A stretch of 64,000 nucleotides of DNA from Thermodesulfobacteriota bacterium. GTDB lineage: Bacteria > Desulfobacterota > Desulfobacteria > Desulfobacterales > SURF-7. The translations under genes and the position numbers were made by a program. The notes under the pieces are model-generated. The model worked only from the letters and a program-made list of their open reading frames with translations, was not told where the DNA came from and searched no databases. This document shows positions 11,229-21,933 of the stretch, one piece after another. Every line of letters starts with the position of its first letter. Position 1 is the first letter of the stretch. The stretch lies in NCBI GenBank assembly GCA_049320885.1, contig JBMORA010000039.1, positions 32,288-96,287 on the forward strand, given 5' to 3'.

Positions 11229-12170
11229 ATGGCGTATGACGTGAACGGGGCGGTCATCGTCGACAAACCTCCGGGTGTGACTTCCGCCGGTTTGATCGCC
11301 CGGATCAAAAAAATGACCATGGCAACCAAGGTGGGCCACACGGGGACCCTGGATCCCTTTGCCACCGGTGTCATGATCTGCTGCTTCAACCAGGCGACGC
11401 GGCTGTCCAGATTTTTTCTGAGTGGAGGTAAAAAATACCTCGCAACGATGATTCTGGGGGTCACCACCGACACCCAGGATGCCACCGGCCAGGTGCTGAC
11501 CCGCAGCGATCCGGGGCGGGTCACGGAGGCGGATATCCTTGGGGCGTTTTCACGCTTCACGGGTGAAATCAGCCAGCAGCCGCCGGTTTATTCGGCTTTA
11601 AAGCACGGCGGGGTGCCCCTGTACAAGCTTGCCCGAAAGGGCATGGCCGTGGAAAAACCGCCGCGGAAAGTGACCATCCGGTCCATTCGACCGGTGGCAA
11701 TGGAATTACCGGAGATCCATTTTGAAGTGGCCTGCTCCGGAGGCACATATATACGCACGCTTTGCGCGGATATCGGTGAAGCCCTGGGTTGCGGCGGACA
11801 CCTCAAGAGCCTGCGGCGGACGGAAAGCGGTGGTTTTTCCATTGATGGGGCTGTGGACATGGCGGAACTGGAAACACTTGCTTTATCCGGAAAATTATCC
11901 GATAAGCTGGTGAGAATGTCGGCCATGCTTTCCGGCATGGAAGCCTGTGTGGCCGACAGCCGGCTTGCGGAGAAAATCCGTCATGGAATACCCATCGGCC
12001 GTCGGGATCTGGCCGGTGGAACCGTTATTCCGGCGGCAAACGCGGAATATGCGGGTTACATCAAGCTGGTGGATGGGGCCGACGACCTGCTGGCGGTGGT
12101 GGAAATCCATCCGGATGAGGAGCCGCTTCGGTATTGTTGTGTGGTAAATGAAAAAGGTTTGATAACATAA
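11229..12170 (+). CDS. truB: tRNA pseudouridine(55) synthase
   Basis: KVGHTGTLDPFATG, PPVYSALK, GTYIRTL. Confidence 0.97.
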   Translation: MAYDVNGAVIVDKPPGVTSAGLIARIKKMTMATKVGHTGTLDPFATGVMICCFNQATRLSRFFLSGGKKYLATMILGVTTDTQDATGQVLTRSDPGRVTEADILGAFSRFTGEISQQPPVYSALKHGGVPLYKLARKGMAVEKPPRKVTIRSIRPVAMELPEIHFEVACSGGTYIRTLCADIGEALGCGGHLKSLRRTESGGFSIDGAVDMAELETLALSGKLSDKLVRMSAMLSGMEACVADSRLAEKIRHGIPIGRRDLAGGTVIPAANAEYAGYIKLVDGADDLLAVVEIHPDEEPLRYCCVVNEKGLIT

Positions 12171-12195
12171 GTAATGATCAGAGGAGGCATGCAAA

Positions 12196-12465
12196 GTGAC
12201 GTTCACGAATGAAAACAAGAAGGAACTGATTGATCGTTTTAAACTGCACGACGTGGACACCGGTTCGCCGGAAGTGCAGATTGCGCTTTTATCGCATCGG
12301 ATCACGTATTTGACGGAGCACGTCAAGGTTCATCCCAAAGACCACCACTCCCGTAGGGGACTGCTGATCCTGGTCGGTCGCCGTCGACGGCTGCTGAATT
12401 ATGTGAAAAGCAAGGATTTAAATCGTTATCAGACACTTATTGAAAGCCTGGATTTGAGAAGATAG
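12196..12465 (+). CDS. rpsO: 30S ribosomal protein S15
   Basis: [23 protein letters not shown]. Confidence 0.98.
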   Translation: MTFTNENKKELIDRFKLHDVDTGSPEVQIALLSHRITYLTEHVKVHPKDHHSRRGLLILVGRRRRLLNYVKSKDLNRYQTLIESLDLRR

Positions 12466-12743
12466 CGAAAATTTTCGAAACGTTTTCTCTTTGTGTCCCG
12501 GTTTGTTCAGACTTGTGGCCGGCCTGGTGGCCGGTTTAGGTGTTTGCGTTGGAATGCAGGGAAAACCAATAACAATTGCTGTCGAGGCGGCGAAAGGGAA
12601 CAGGTCCCTTTCCGGGTTCCGGAAGAAAGAAACCGATTGCCGGCGGTTTGGACCGGCGTCGTTTTCCGGCCCCGCCATGCGCGACGGTGATACAGCGGGC
12701 GAAACGCATGGAAACCAACGCAGGCGGTTGAGCCGTTAGGAGA

Positions 12744-14852
12744 GTGAATATGGAATGTTCGTTTAAAGCAGAAGTCGGGGGAAAAACGTTGAGCATCCAG
12801 GCCGGGAAGGTGGCCAAGCAGGCCTCCGGATCCGTATGGGTAAGCTACGGCGAGACCATTGTTCTGGTTACGGTTGTGTCGGCGGAGGATGAAAAGGCGG
12901 ATACGGATTTCCTGCCGCTGTCGGTGGAATATCAGGAAAAGATTTATGCCGCTGGCCGGATCCCCGGAAATTATTTCCGAAGGGAGATCGGCCGGCCAAG
13001 CGAAAAAGAGATTCTGACCTGCCGACTGATTGATCGCCCTATCCGGCCGTTGTTTCCTAAAGGTTACCGCTGTGAAACCCAGGTGATCGCCACCGTGTTC
13101 TCCATGGACAAGGAGAATGATCCGGATGTGCTGGCGATGGTGGGGACTTCCGCCGCGCTTGAGATATCGGATATCCCGTTTGCCGGACCGATAGCCGCTG
13201 TCCGGGTGGGACGAATGGACGGCCGTTTGATTGTGAATCCCACCATCAGCCAGTGGGAAGACTGCGATATCAATATTGTGGTGGCTGGTTCCAGGACCGG
13301 CGTGGTGATGGTGGAAGGCGGCGGCAACGTCGTGCGGGAAGCCGATATGCTGGAGGCCATCTTTTTCGGCCATCAGGCCATGCAACCCCTCATCGACATT
13401 CAGCAGCAATTGCGGGAAGCCGTTGGGGTGAACAAGCGTGTTCTGGCGGAACCGAAAAAAAATACGATCCTGGCGGAGCGGATCGAGGCCGCCGCCCGGG
13501 AGAAGATCCGGGGCGTCCTGGCCATTCCGGAGAAAGCGAAACGCAACGACGCCATGCGCGCGCTGAAAATCGAAGTGCTGGAGAATCTCGGCGAGGAAGA
13601 TTTGCCCGTCAAGGCGGAAGCCAAGGAGCTTTTTTACGACCTCCAGAAGCGGATCAGCCGTGACATGGTATTGAAAGAGGGGCGGCGGATCGATAACCGC
13701 GGGTTTGACGAAGTCCGGCCGATTTCATGTGAAGTGGGAATTTTGCCAAGGCCCCATGGAAGCGCGCTGTTCACCAGGGGAGAAACCCAGGTGCTGGGAG
13801 TGCTGACCCTCGGGTCCGGCCAGGATGAACAGCGGGTGGAAACCCTCAGCGGCGATGAATCGAAACCCTTCATGCTGCATTACAATTTTCCGCCGTTTTC
13901 CGTGGGCGAGGTCCGGCGCATCGGCGGACCCGGCCGCCGGGATATCGGGCATGGAGCACTGGCGACCCGGGCGGTGGAAAAAATCCTGCCCGCCAAGGAT
14001 GACTTCGATTATACCATCCGGCTGGTGTCGGAAGTATTGGAATCCAACGGATCCTCCTCCATGGGGACGGTCTGCGCCGGCAGTCTGGCCTTGATGGACG
14101 GCGGGGTGCCGATCAAGGCTCCGGTTGCCGGCATCGCCATGGGTCTCATCAAGGAAGGCGACAACGTGGTCGTTCTATCGGATATTCTGGGCGACGAGGA
14201 TCATTTCGGCGACATGGATTTCAAGGTCGCCGGCACCCAGGACGGCGTCACCGCCTTGCAGATGGATATTAAAATTACGGAATTGTCCAAGGAGATCCTG
14301 GAAAAAGCCCTGGATCAGGCGCGTCGGGGACGGCTGCATATCCTGGACAAGATGGGGCAGGCGTTGAACGAGTCCCGCAAGGATCTGTCTCCCTATGCGC
14401 CGAAAAATGTTACGATCAATATCAATCCGGATAAAATACGAGATATCATCGGCCCGGGCGGCAAGATGATCCGCGCCATTCAGAGTGAAACCAACACCCG
14501 CATCGATATCGATGATTCCGGCGCCGTCAAGGTGAGCGCGACCTCCCAGGAGGACAGTGATGCGGCCATCCGGAGGATCAAGGAAATCGCCATGGAACCG
14601 GAGGTCGGCGCGATATATGAAGGCCTGGTGGTGAAAATCACCGATTTCGGGGCATTTGTTCAGCTCGCTCCGGGTACCGACGGGCTGGTGCATATCTCCC
14701 AGCTGTCCTCCAACCATGTAAAACGGGTTTCGGATGTGGTGAAAGAGGGTGAAAAATTGAAGGTCAAGGTGTTGGAGGTGTCGCCGGAGGGCAAGATCCG
14801 GCTGAGTCACAAGGCGGTCCTGGAAAACAAAGATGAATCCACGCGTAAATAA
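12744..14852 (+). CDS. pnp: Polyribonucleotide nucleotidyltransferase
   Basis: [34 protein letters not shown] and S1 domains. Confidence 0.99.
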   Translation: MNMECSFKAEVGGKTLSIQAGKVAKQASGSVWVSYGETIVLVTVVSAEDEKADTDFLPLSVEYQEKIYAAGRIPGNYFRREIGRPSEKEILTCRLIDRPIRPLFPKGYRCETQVIATVFSMDKENDPDVLAMVGTSAALEISDIPFAGPIAAVRVGRMDGRLIVNPTISQWEDCDINIVVAGSRTGVVMVEGGGNVVREADMLEAIFFGHQAMQPLIDIQQQLREAVGVNKRVLAEPKKNTILAERIEAAAREKIRGVLAIPEKAKRNDAMRALKIEVLENLGEEDLPVKAEAKELFYDLQKRISRDMVLKEGRRIDNRGFDEVRPISCEVGILPRPHGSALFTRGETQVLGVLTLGSGQDEQRVETLSGDESKPFMLHYNFPPFSVGEVRRIGGPGRRDIGHGALATRAVEKILPAKDDFDYTIRLVSEVLESNGSSSMGTVCAGSLALMDGGVPIKAPVAGIAMGLIKEGDNVVVLSDILGDEDHFGDMDFKVAGTQDGVTALQMDIKITELSKEILEKALDQARRGRLHILDKMGQALNESRKDLSPYAPKNVTININPDKIRDIIGPGGKMIRAIQSETNTRIDIDDSGAVKVSATSQEDSDAAIRRIKEIAMEPEVGAIYEGLVVKITDFGAFVQLAPGTDGLVHISQLSSNHVKRVSDVVKEGEKLKVKVLEVSPEGKIRLSHKAVLENKDESTRK

Positions 14853-16113
14853 GACGGTTATCGACAATGGTGTGCGGATCCTGACCAAGACGTTCCCCCA
14901 TGTCCATTCCGTATCCATGGGGGTGTGGGTGAACGTCGGTGCCCGGGACGAAAGCGCCGAGGAGAGCGGCTTATCCCATTTGATCGAACATATGATCTTC
15001 AAGGGAACCGCAAAACGAACCGCCTACCAGATCGCCAAGGAGTTTGACGCCATCGGCGGGCAAACCAATGCCTTCACTTCCATGGAGCTGACCTGCTATC
15101 ACGCCCGGGTGATGGATTCACACCTGGCGACCATGGTGGACATCCTGTCCGATATTTTTCTGCATTCCGAGTTTGATCAAAAGGAAGTCGAGCGGGAACG
15201 GGCGGTCATTCTTCAGGAAATCGGGATGGTGGAAGACACGCCCGAGGAACATGTGCACACGCTTCTGGGCAACTCCTTTTGGGGCGACAACCCCCTGGGG
15301 CGCTCCATCCTGGGGACACGGGAGAATGTCAGGGGGTTTTCCGCCGAAACCATCCGGGATTTTTTCAACCGCAACTATCAACCGGACCGGATTGTCATTT
15401 CCGCCGCCGGCAATTTGACCCACGATCATTTCGTGGACCTGGTGGGCGGGACGTTTGAATCCGTCCGCCCCGGGAATGGATTCCCCGAAAGGCTTGCCCC
15501 CCAACCGAAAGCCGCCACGGCCGTTCACCGGCGCGAGCTGGAACAGGTGCATCTCTGTCTGGGCACTCCCGGATTGAGCACCACCGATTCCCGGCGGTAC
15601 GCCCTTTCCCTGCTGAACACGATTCTAGGCGGGAACATGAGCTCGCGGTTGTTTCAGGAGATCCGCGAGCAACGGGGATTGGCCTACGCCGTCTATTCCT
15701 ATATCTGTTCCCACGCGGATACCGGCATGTTCGGGGTGTATGCCGGAGTGGCGCCCGAGAATACCTTCGCCGCCGTCGAACTGATCCTGGAAGCCCTCCG
15801 GAGGATGCGCCGGGAACCGGTGGGAGAAGCGGAGCTTCAGGACGCAAAGGAATATACCAAGGGCGGGGTGCTGCTTTCCGCCGAAAGCATGGACAACCAG
15901 ATGGTGCGGATCGCCCAGAATGAAATTAATTTCGGCCGGGACATTCCCCTGCCGGAGCTGATCGACAAAATTTCATCCGTGACGGTGGAGGAGGTCCATC
16001 AGGCCGCGCAGCAATTGCTGGAGAGCGGGAAGATCGCCTTGACCATGCTGGGTCCTGTCCCGGATGAGGCTTCCCATACTGACGCTGTTCTCGAATTGAT
16101 GAGCCGTTCCTGA
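14833..16113 (+). CDS. M16 family zinc peptidase
   Basis: HLIEH inverted zinc motif, [20 protein letters not shown]; usual pnp neighbour. Confidence 0.95.
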   Translation: MNPRVNKTVIDNGVRILTKTFPHVHSVSMGVWVNVGARDESAEESGLSHLIEHMIFKGTAKRTAYQIAKEFDAIGGQTNAFTSMELTCYHARVMDSHLATMVDILSDIFLHSEFDQKEVERERAVILQEIGMVEDTPEEHVHTLLGNSFWGDNPLGRSILGTRENVRGFSAETIRDFFNRNYQPDRIVISAAGNLTHDHFVDLVGGTFESVRPGNGFPERLAPQPKAATAVHRRELEQVHLCLGTPGLSTTDSRRYALSLLNTILGGNMSSRLFQEIREQRGLAYAVYSYICSHADTGMFGVYAGVAPENTFAAVELILEALRRMRREPVGEAELQDAKEYTKGGVLLSAESMDNQMVRIAQNEINFGRDIPLPELIDKISSVTVEEVHQAAQQLLESGKIALTMLGPVPDEASHTDAVLELMSRS

Positions 16114-16574
16114 TGGAACCCCCAAAACTGGCGATTCATATCCGCCGGGTGCGACCCGGCCAGGATGACGATATTCCCCTGCCGCGCTATATGACACCGG
16201 CGTCCGCCGGCATGGATCTTTCCGCGGCCCTGGAGGAGCCGCATTCCTTGAACCCGGGGGATATTTTCCTGGTTCCCACCGGATTCGCCATCGCCCTGCC
16301 TCCTGGTTATGAGGCCCAAATCCGACCCCGCAGCGGGCTGGCGGCAAAATACGGGATTGGAATGGTCAATTCACCCGGTACCATCGACGCGGACTATCGC
16401 GGTGAAATCAAAGTGCCCCTGATCAACTGGGGGCGGGCTGCCCATGTGATCCGCCGCGGCGACCGGATTGCCCAGATGGTGATTCAGCAGGTGGCCCGGG
16501 CCGAGCTTGTACCGGTGACGACGCTGGATGAAACCGCCCGGAACAGCGGTGGATTCGGTCATACAGGCCGATAA
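16113..16574 (+). CDS. dut: dUTP diphosphatase
   Basis: [33 protein letters not shown]. Confidence 0.97.
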   Translation: MEPPKLAIHIRRVRPGQDDDIPLPRYMTPASAGMDLSAALEEPHSLNPGDIFLVPTGFAIALPPGYEAQIRPRSGLAAKYGIGMVNSPGTIDADYRGEIKVPLINWGRAAHVIRRGDRIAQMVIQQVARAELVPVTTLDETARNSGGFGHTGR

Positions 16575-16578
16575 AGAC

Positions 16579-17400
16579 ATGACGGAAGACGTTTCCCGAG
16601 ACCCGCAACCGGCATCCGCGTCCGACGGCCTTTCCATTTGCATTCTAGCCAGCGGCAGCAAGGGGAATTCCATCCATGTCACGGACGGCCGGACGGCCAT
16701 TTTGATCGACGCCGGGCTCACCGGGGTTCAGATCGAAGGGCGGCTGCGATCCAGAGGCGTTGCTCCCCATGAGCTGTCCGCCATTCTGGTGTCCCATGAA
16801 CACGGCGACCATGTCAAAGGTGTCGGGGTGCTGTCGAGGCGGTATGACCTGCCGGTATACGCCAATCAGGGCACCCTTTCCCGGGCGTCCGGCCAGATCG
16901 GCCATGTCCATTCAACCCGGCCGTTTGCCTGCGGCCGGGAGTTCACCATCGGCACGCTGACGATTCATCCCTTTTCCATTTCCCATGACGCTCAGGATCC
17001 CTGCGGTTTTACCGTGACCGGTAACGGATGCAAAATCGGCATCGCCACGGATTTGGGGGTCGTCACGGCCCTGGTCCGGGAACATTTGCGGGAATGCCGA
17101 CTGCTGGTTCTGGAAGCCAATCATGATTCGGACATGCTGCAGAACGGGCCCTACCCCTGGCATCTCAAACAACGGATCAAAAGCCGGATGGGGCATCTGT
17201 CCAATGAAGATGCCATGCAGCTCCTGGCGGAATTGCAGCATGAGCGTCTGGAGCAGGTGGTTCTGGCCCATCTGAGCGATGAAAACAACACCCCGGAAAA
17301 AGCCCGGGCAAGGGTCGGTGAAGCCATCCGGCATGCGGGAATTCAATTGAGCGTGGCCGGCCAGGATCAGTGCGGCCGGATCATTCGGCTGACCCCGTAA
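16579..17400 (+). CDS. MBL-fold metallo-hydrolase (YycJ/WalJ-like)
   Basis: LASGSKGN, SHEHGDH, LEANHD, GHLSN, LAHLS. Confidence 0.93.
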   Translation: MTEDVSRDPQPASASDGLSICILASGSKGNSIHVTDGRTAILIDAGLTGVQIEGRLRSRGVAPHELSAILVSHEHGDHVKGVGVLSRRYDLPVYANQGTLSRASGQIGHVHSTRPFACGREFTIGTLTIHPFSISHDAQDPCGFTVTGNGCKIGIATDLGVVTALVREHLRECRLLVLEANHDSDMLQNGPYPWHLKQRIKSRMGHLSNEDAMQLLAELQHERLEQVVLAHLSDENNTPEKARARVGEAIRHAGIQLSVAGQDQCGRIIRLTP

Positions 17401-17446
17401 TCCCTTGGGGTATCCGCATTCCAGCTATCCCAATCGTGCTTTGCTG

Positions 17447-17803
17447 TTATTCCTGAAGATGGATGAGGGTTTCCAGCTGTTTGATCTGCTGCGCGGAGAG
17501 AATCCCGAACTTGACCCCGCGGCGCCTCAGCGGAATCTGTTGGATCGGATTGTCGTAGATGATCTCAAAATCGGAAACGGTTTTAACCTGGATATTTTCC
17601 ATCTGAAGGGTCCGTCCTTCCTGCCGGACGCTCAATTTCAGGAAATCATCCAGCGGGTGGGACTGGCCGATATAATGAAACGCGATCCCGCCGTGACCGA
17701 TATCCACCACCTGGCCGATGGAACCGGAGCCGTTGCCGTGAACCACCAGGGAATCGTCCTTGACCTTAAGCCGCTTCGACTTTCTTCTTTCCGTTATGTC
17801 CAC
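17447..17803 (-). CDS. PilZ domain protein
   Basis: RxxxR (ERRKSKR) and DxxxxG (DIGHGG) motifs; GGAGG RBS before GTG. Confidence 0.8.
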   Translation of the reverse strand: MDITERRKSKRLKVKDDSLVVHGNGSGSIGQVVDIGHGGIAFHYIGQSHPLDDFLKLSVRQEGRTLQMENIQVKTVSDFEIIYDNPIQQIPLRRRGVKFGILSAQQIKQLETLIHLQE

Positions 17804-18133
17804 TTCGCCCCTCCCGGTTTAGACCATACGGCACTCCTGACTTGCCGAAGGGGCATGGCCGCTGGAAAACGCCGGAAAGAGCAACCGGATATGCCGGAGG
17901 TCTGTTTCCTTGCGGCGATCCCATCGAATCAATACCCCCGGCGCCCCCCTTCATTTCTCCAGGCATTCCCGCAGCATGGAGAAAAAAGGGCGAAGCCGAT
18001 AATTTGATCGGCGTTCAAATACCTTGTTTTTTCCATAACAAAATTTGGGGGGCTTGACAACTGGTTTTAGTGGTTAACAGCGTTCGGCCACGGTAATTTC
18101 AAGCGGGTCAACCGGCCGACCCGTTTGTACCCC

Positions 18134-19249
18134 CTATGCGCCAACCGCCACCAGTTCATAGGACCGGGTGCCGATTCCCAGGCTTTCGGCATAATCCAGC
18201 TGGTGGGGCCATTCCACGTATGGATAGATGCCCTTGAATTTGTCTTCACCCGCGGCGGTGTTGGTTTTCAACGCGGCGCCCGGCAGGGCTGTTTCCCGGT
18301 TGACCAGGTCCACCGACGCCTGATCGATGGCCACCGGATCCTTGGATGCCAGAATACCGATGTCCCGGACGATGGGGGTATCGTTGTGGCTGTAACAATC
18401 ACAGGCCGGTGAGATATTGGTCAGGAAATTGATGAACAAGGCCCGACCGCGTTTGCCTTTCAATACGCCCATGGTATATTCCGCCATGTTTTCGAGGAAA
18501 ACGGGCACGGACTGGTTCCACTGGATCTGAATCGCCTCGTTGGGGCAGATGAGGATGCATTCACCGCAGCCGATGCATTTTCCCGCATCGATCACCGCTT
18601 TTTTTTCGATCAGCGCCAGGGCCTTCTGGGAGCAATGGGGAATGCAGTCTCCGCAGCCCACGCATTTTTTGGCCTTGACCGCCGGGCTCACGGTGGAATG
18701 CTGGGCCAGCTTGCCTTTGCGGGAGGCGCAGCCCATTCCCAGGTTTTTGATGGTGCCGCCGAATCCGGACAATTCATGGCCTTTGAAATGCGCCACGGAA
18801 ATCAGGGCGTCCGCCTGAACGATTTCCGTGCCGATATAGACTTCCTTGAAATTCTTCTGATTGATCCGGATGACGGTTTCGGTTTTTCCCCGCAGGCCGT
18901 CGGCAATGATGAGCGGGGCCTGCACCACGGAATAGGCGAACCCGTTGGCCGTGGCCGTGCGCAGATGATTCACGGCGTCACTGCGGGTTCCGGCGTAAAC
19001 GGTGTTGCAGTCGGTGAGAAAGGGATCGCCGCCCGCCTTCCGGATTTCCTCGACAATTTTGCGCAGGTATACCGGCCGGATAAAGGCCGTGTTGCCGAGT
19101 TCGCCGAAATGGAGCTTCACCGCCACCAGATCCCGTTTATGGAAAGTATCCTTCAGGCCGGCGGTTTCCAGGAGTTTACCGATTTTGGTGAGGAGGTTTT
19201 CCTTGGGTGTGGCTTTCAGATCAATGAAATAGACGCTGCTGGCTGGCAT
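18134..19249 (-). CDS. DUF362 domain / 2x[4Fe-4S] ferredoxin protein
   Basis: KLHFGE, HFKGH...FGG.IKNLGMG, two CxxCxxCxxxC motifs, DPVAID. Confidence 0.92.
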   Translation of the reverse strand: MPASSVYFIDLKATPKENLLTKIGKLLETAGLKDTFHKRDLVAVKLHFGELGNTAFIRPVYLRKIVEEIRKAGGDPFLTDCNTVYAGTRSDAVNHLRTATANGFAYSVVQAPLIIADGLRGKTETVIRINQKNFKEVYIGTEIVQADALISVAHFKGHELSGFGGTIKNLGMGCASRKGKLAQHSTVSPAVKAKKCVGCGDCIPHCSQKALALIEKKAVIDAGKCIGCGECILICPNEAIQIQWNQSVPVFLENMAEYTMGVLKGKRGRALFINFLTNISPACDCYSHNDTPIVRDIGILASKDPVAIDQASVDLVNRETALPGAALKTNTAAGEDKFKGIYPYVEWPHQLDYAESLGIGTRSYELVAVGA

Positions 19250-19417
19250 GGCGGCCTCCCTGTTGGTTGGGTCGGTTGTAGTGGTGTTGTGTGTTCCTAT
19301 CATTTTCGGGGAAAAAATGAAATGCCAATGTTGCACCAAGGGCCTTGACAGGGGAAGGTCCGGCGGCATACAGCAGAATCCGGCCTATAAACGCGAAACG
19401 GGGAGGAAAAGGATGTC

Positions 19418-21496
19418 GTGGATGACCGGGCAAGGACAATGATTGCATACCGGGACCGGCTGTCGCCATGGGACGGCCTTTTTTTAACTGTCCCCCTGGC
19501 GGTTTATGGGTTCACCTGCGCGCCGGGGATCGGGTTCGGGGATACGGCCATTCTGGTGGACAACATCCAGCGCCTGCTGCTCAATTCCCAGGTCAACACC
19601 CATCCCCTGACCACCTTGCTGGGCCATCTGTTCTCGAAGCTGCCCCTGGAGAACCTGGCCTACAAAGCCAATCTGCTGTCCGTATGGTGCGGCTCCCTTG
19701 CAGTTTTGTTTCTGTATATGGCCGTATTGGCGGCCCTGGGGAATCGATTCGTCGCCCTTGTCGCGGGAAGCTGCTTTTTGTTCAGCCACAGCATGTGGTG
19801 GCACAGCACCATCATTGAAAATTACGCCGTGGGCAGCGCCTTGGTCGGCGGCACCCTGACGGCGTTCGTGGGATTCTGGCGGACCGGGAAGCCAGCCTGG
19901 CTGGCCGCGATTTTTTTCCTGGCCGGGCTGGGGTTGTTCAATCATGTGCAGCTGGGGTTTCTGTCGGCCGGCGCAGCCCTGACGTTATTGCTGGTTCTCC
20001 GGAACGCGCCGCGGAAAGGCCGGCTTTTCGCGGGTTGCAGCCTGGCATCCCTTTCGGGATTATTCCCCTGGCTGATTCTGGTGGGGCTGGACTGGCGGCG
20101 TTCGGGAAATCTGGCCCTGACCCTCCGGAACGCCTTTTTCGGGCCTTTCGGCGATGTCTTTTTTTCCGCCGGCTGGTGGAGCGGCCTGCGGGAAACCGCG
20201 ATGGTATATTTATTCCAGTTTCCCAATTTTTTCTTGCCGTTTCCGCTCCTGGGGATACCCGTTGCGGCCCGGGTCATGAAAAAAAGTCCGGCCTTCTGGG
20301 GAATTCTGCTGTTTTTCGGTCTGAATACGGTGACCTTTGCGTTTTATGAAACCTGGGACCGGTTCGCCTTTCTGCTCCCTTCCTTCATGATCCTGTGCTT
20401 TTTCGGCGCCTTTGCCGTGAACGCCTTCCTTGGGTATCTGAAAACCCATGCCGGGCCGGCCATCCGGTACGGCCTCACCGGCGCCTGCCTGGTGACCCTG
20501 GTCTGGACACCCCGGTTTTATGACCATGTCTGGCGGAAAGGCCGGGAGACCGGAAGCTACTGGAACCGCAACTATCACAACCAGTATTCCAGAAACCTCT
20601 ATGACCAGGCCCGCTTCATCATCATTCCCGACAAGCGCGATTACCGGGAGCTGGACATTTTCGCCGGGCTGCTCTTCGACAAACTGCCGCCGAACGCCGT
20701 CTATGTGGACGATGATTCCAGAACCTACTACACCATCGCCGATTATTTTCAGAAATATTACCGGAAACGGCCGGATGTGAAGGTGTTGCTGATCAATTCC
20801 TGGGGAATCGCGGGCTGGGGATATTCCTCCGGGCATCTGGCGGATTTCATGCGCGCCGCCTATCTGGCGGATCAGCCGTTTTTCATGGCGTCCCTGATGC
20901 GGCCCTATGGCGATGTCCTGGGCAATCTGCCGCCGGACTCCGGCATCCGCTTCGAGCGCTTCCCCTTATCGGACAGCCGCTGGATCTATCGCATGAAAAC
21001 CAGGAGCGAGCATGCCGCGGGAGGGGCCGCCGACCCCACCCGCATCCGGGGAGAGAAAGGATATGTGGATTTTCATCTGGTGCGTGTCGTGCACCAGCAG
21101 CAGGCCCGGGTGATCCAGCAGATCATGGCCGCCTTTCCAGGCGACTGGCGGGAAGACGACCAATTGTTTGTGGATTTCACCGCCCCGGAAGGCGACATCC
21201 AGCTGGCGATTCCCTCGGACCGGGCAGGCTGGGCCAGGCTGCGCCTGTTCTATACCCGGGCCGGTGATTTCGGGGCCGTGACCATGGCACTCAACGGCCG
21301 CCGGCTGACGACCCTGGACCTGCATGGACCAAGGGTTATGAGAGCGTCGATGGACGTGCCGGAAACGGTCCGGCTGGCCAAAGGAACCAATATCCTCCGC
21401 TTTTCATATGCCCCCGGAAAATCGGTTTCCAAGGGAAACAAGGCCGGACTCGACGGGTTGGAATATGGGCTGCTGAAGACCGAAAATCAGGAATGA
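19418..21496 (+). CDS. DUF2723/TMEM260-like multi-pass membrane glycosyltransferase (GT-C fold) with C-terminal beta-sandwich domain
   Basis: N-terminal Y..T.AP....GD...HPL..LLG...N.LS...W..S..ENY pattern plus ~10 hydrophobic segments; start uncertain (19418/19439). Confidence 0.7.
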   Translation: MDDRARTMIAYRDRLSPWDGLFLTVPLAVYGFTCAPGIGFGDTAILVDNIQRLLLNSQVNTHPLTTLLGHLFSKLPLENLAYKANLLSVWCGSLAVLFLYMAVLAALGNRFVALVAGSCFLFSHSMWWHSTIIENYAVGSALVGGTLTAFVGFWRTGKPAWLAAIFFLAGLGLFNHVQLGFLSAGAALTLLLVLRNAPRKGRLFAGCSLASLSGLFPWLILVGLDWRRSGNLALTLRNAFFGPFGDVFFSAGWWSGLRETAMVYLFQFPNFFLPFPLLGIPVAARVMKKSPAFWGILLFFGLNTVTFAFYETWDRFAFLLPSFMILCFFGAFAVNAFLGYLKTHAGPAIRYGLTGACLVTLVWTPRFYDHVWRKGRETGSYWNRNYHNQYSRNLYDQARFIIIPDKRDYRELDIFAGLLFDKLPPNAVYVDDDSRTYYTIADYFQKYYRKRPDVKVLLINSWGIAGWGYSSGHLADFMRAAYLADQPFFMASLMRPYGDVLGNLPPDSGIRFERFPLSDSRWIYRMKTRSEHAAGGAADPTRIRGEKGYVDFHLVRVVHQQQARVIQQIMAAFPGDWREDDQLFVDFTAPEGDIQLAIPSDRAGWARLRLFYTRAGDFGAVTMALNGRRLTTLDLHGPRVMRASMDVPETVRLAKGTNILRFSYAPGKSVSKGNKAGLDGLEYGLLKTENQE

Positions 21497-21730
21497 GTAT
21501 GCGTATCTTCGGGAATAAACGCCTGTGGGAAGCGGCGGCTGAGCGGAAGCCGCGCAGGGCCGGCCGGCTGTATCGCGGGTGCTGCAATTAGGCGTGAATC
21601 ATTATCAATTATAAGAAATTATTTAAAATTATTATGAAATTACCTATAATTGATTTAAAACATCGCGCCGCAATTCACCGGCGTTTTCACACCTTAAGCT
21701 TTATCATTTCGCGTCCAACCTGTTTTTTTC

Positions 21731-21757
21731 TTGACATAAAAAGCCTATCAGTATAAT
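21731..21757 (+). promoter_or_regulatory. sigma70-like promoter with short spacer
   Basis: Perfect TTGACA (21731-36) and TATAAT (21752-57) hexamers, 15-nt spacer, AT-rich upstream DNA. Confidence 0.5.
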
Positions 21758-21933
21758 TGTGACAAAGTAATATCACGTCTTCTCAATATGGAGCCTCCGA
21801 ATCATTTAACGGAACAAGATGACCGAACGCAGCAGAAGAAGGCTATGCTTGCCTCACAGCAGATGGTGCTGCCGGGAGATCTGTTTCCGTTGATGGCGCG
21901 GGGGCTTTGCTGCCTAATAAGGAGCCGCTTACC

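Noticed and set aside
17804..18133. Hairpin-rich region upstream of the PilZ gene as a c-di-GMP riboswitch
   Set aside because: GEMM consensus elements not found; the hairpins are compatible with high GC and a terminator for DUF362
21493..21591. 32-codon ORF overlapping the DUF2723 stop (MSMRIFGNKRLWEA...GCCN)
   Set aside because: No recognisable motif; could be chance; needs Ribo-seq or homologues
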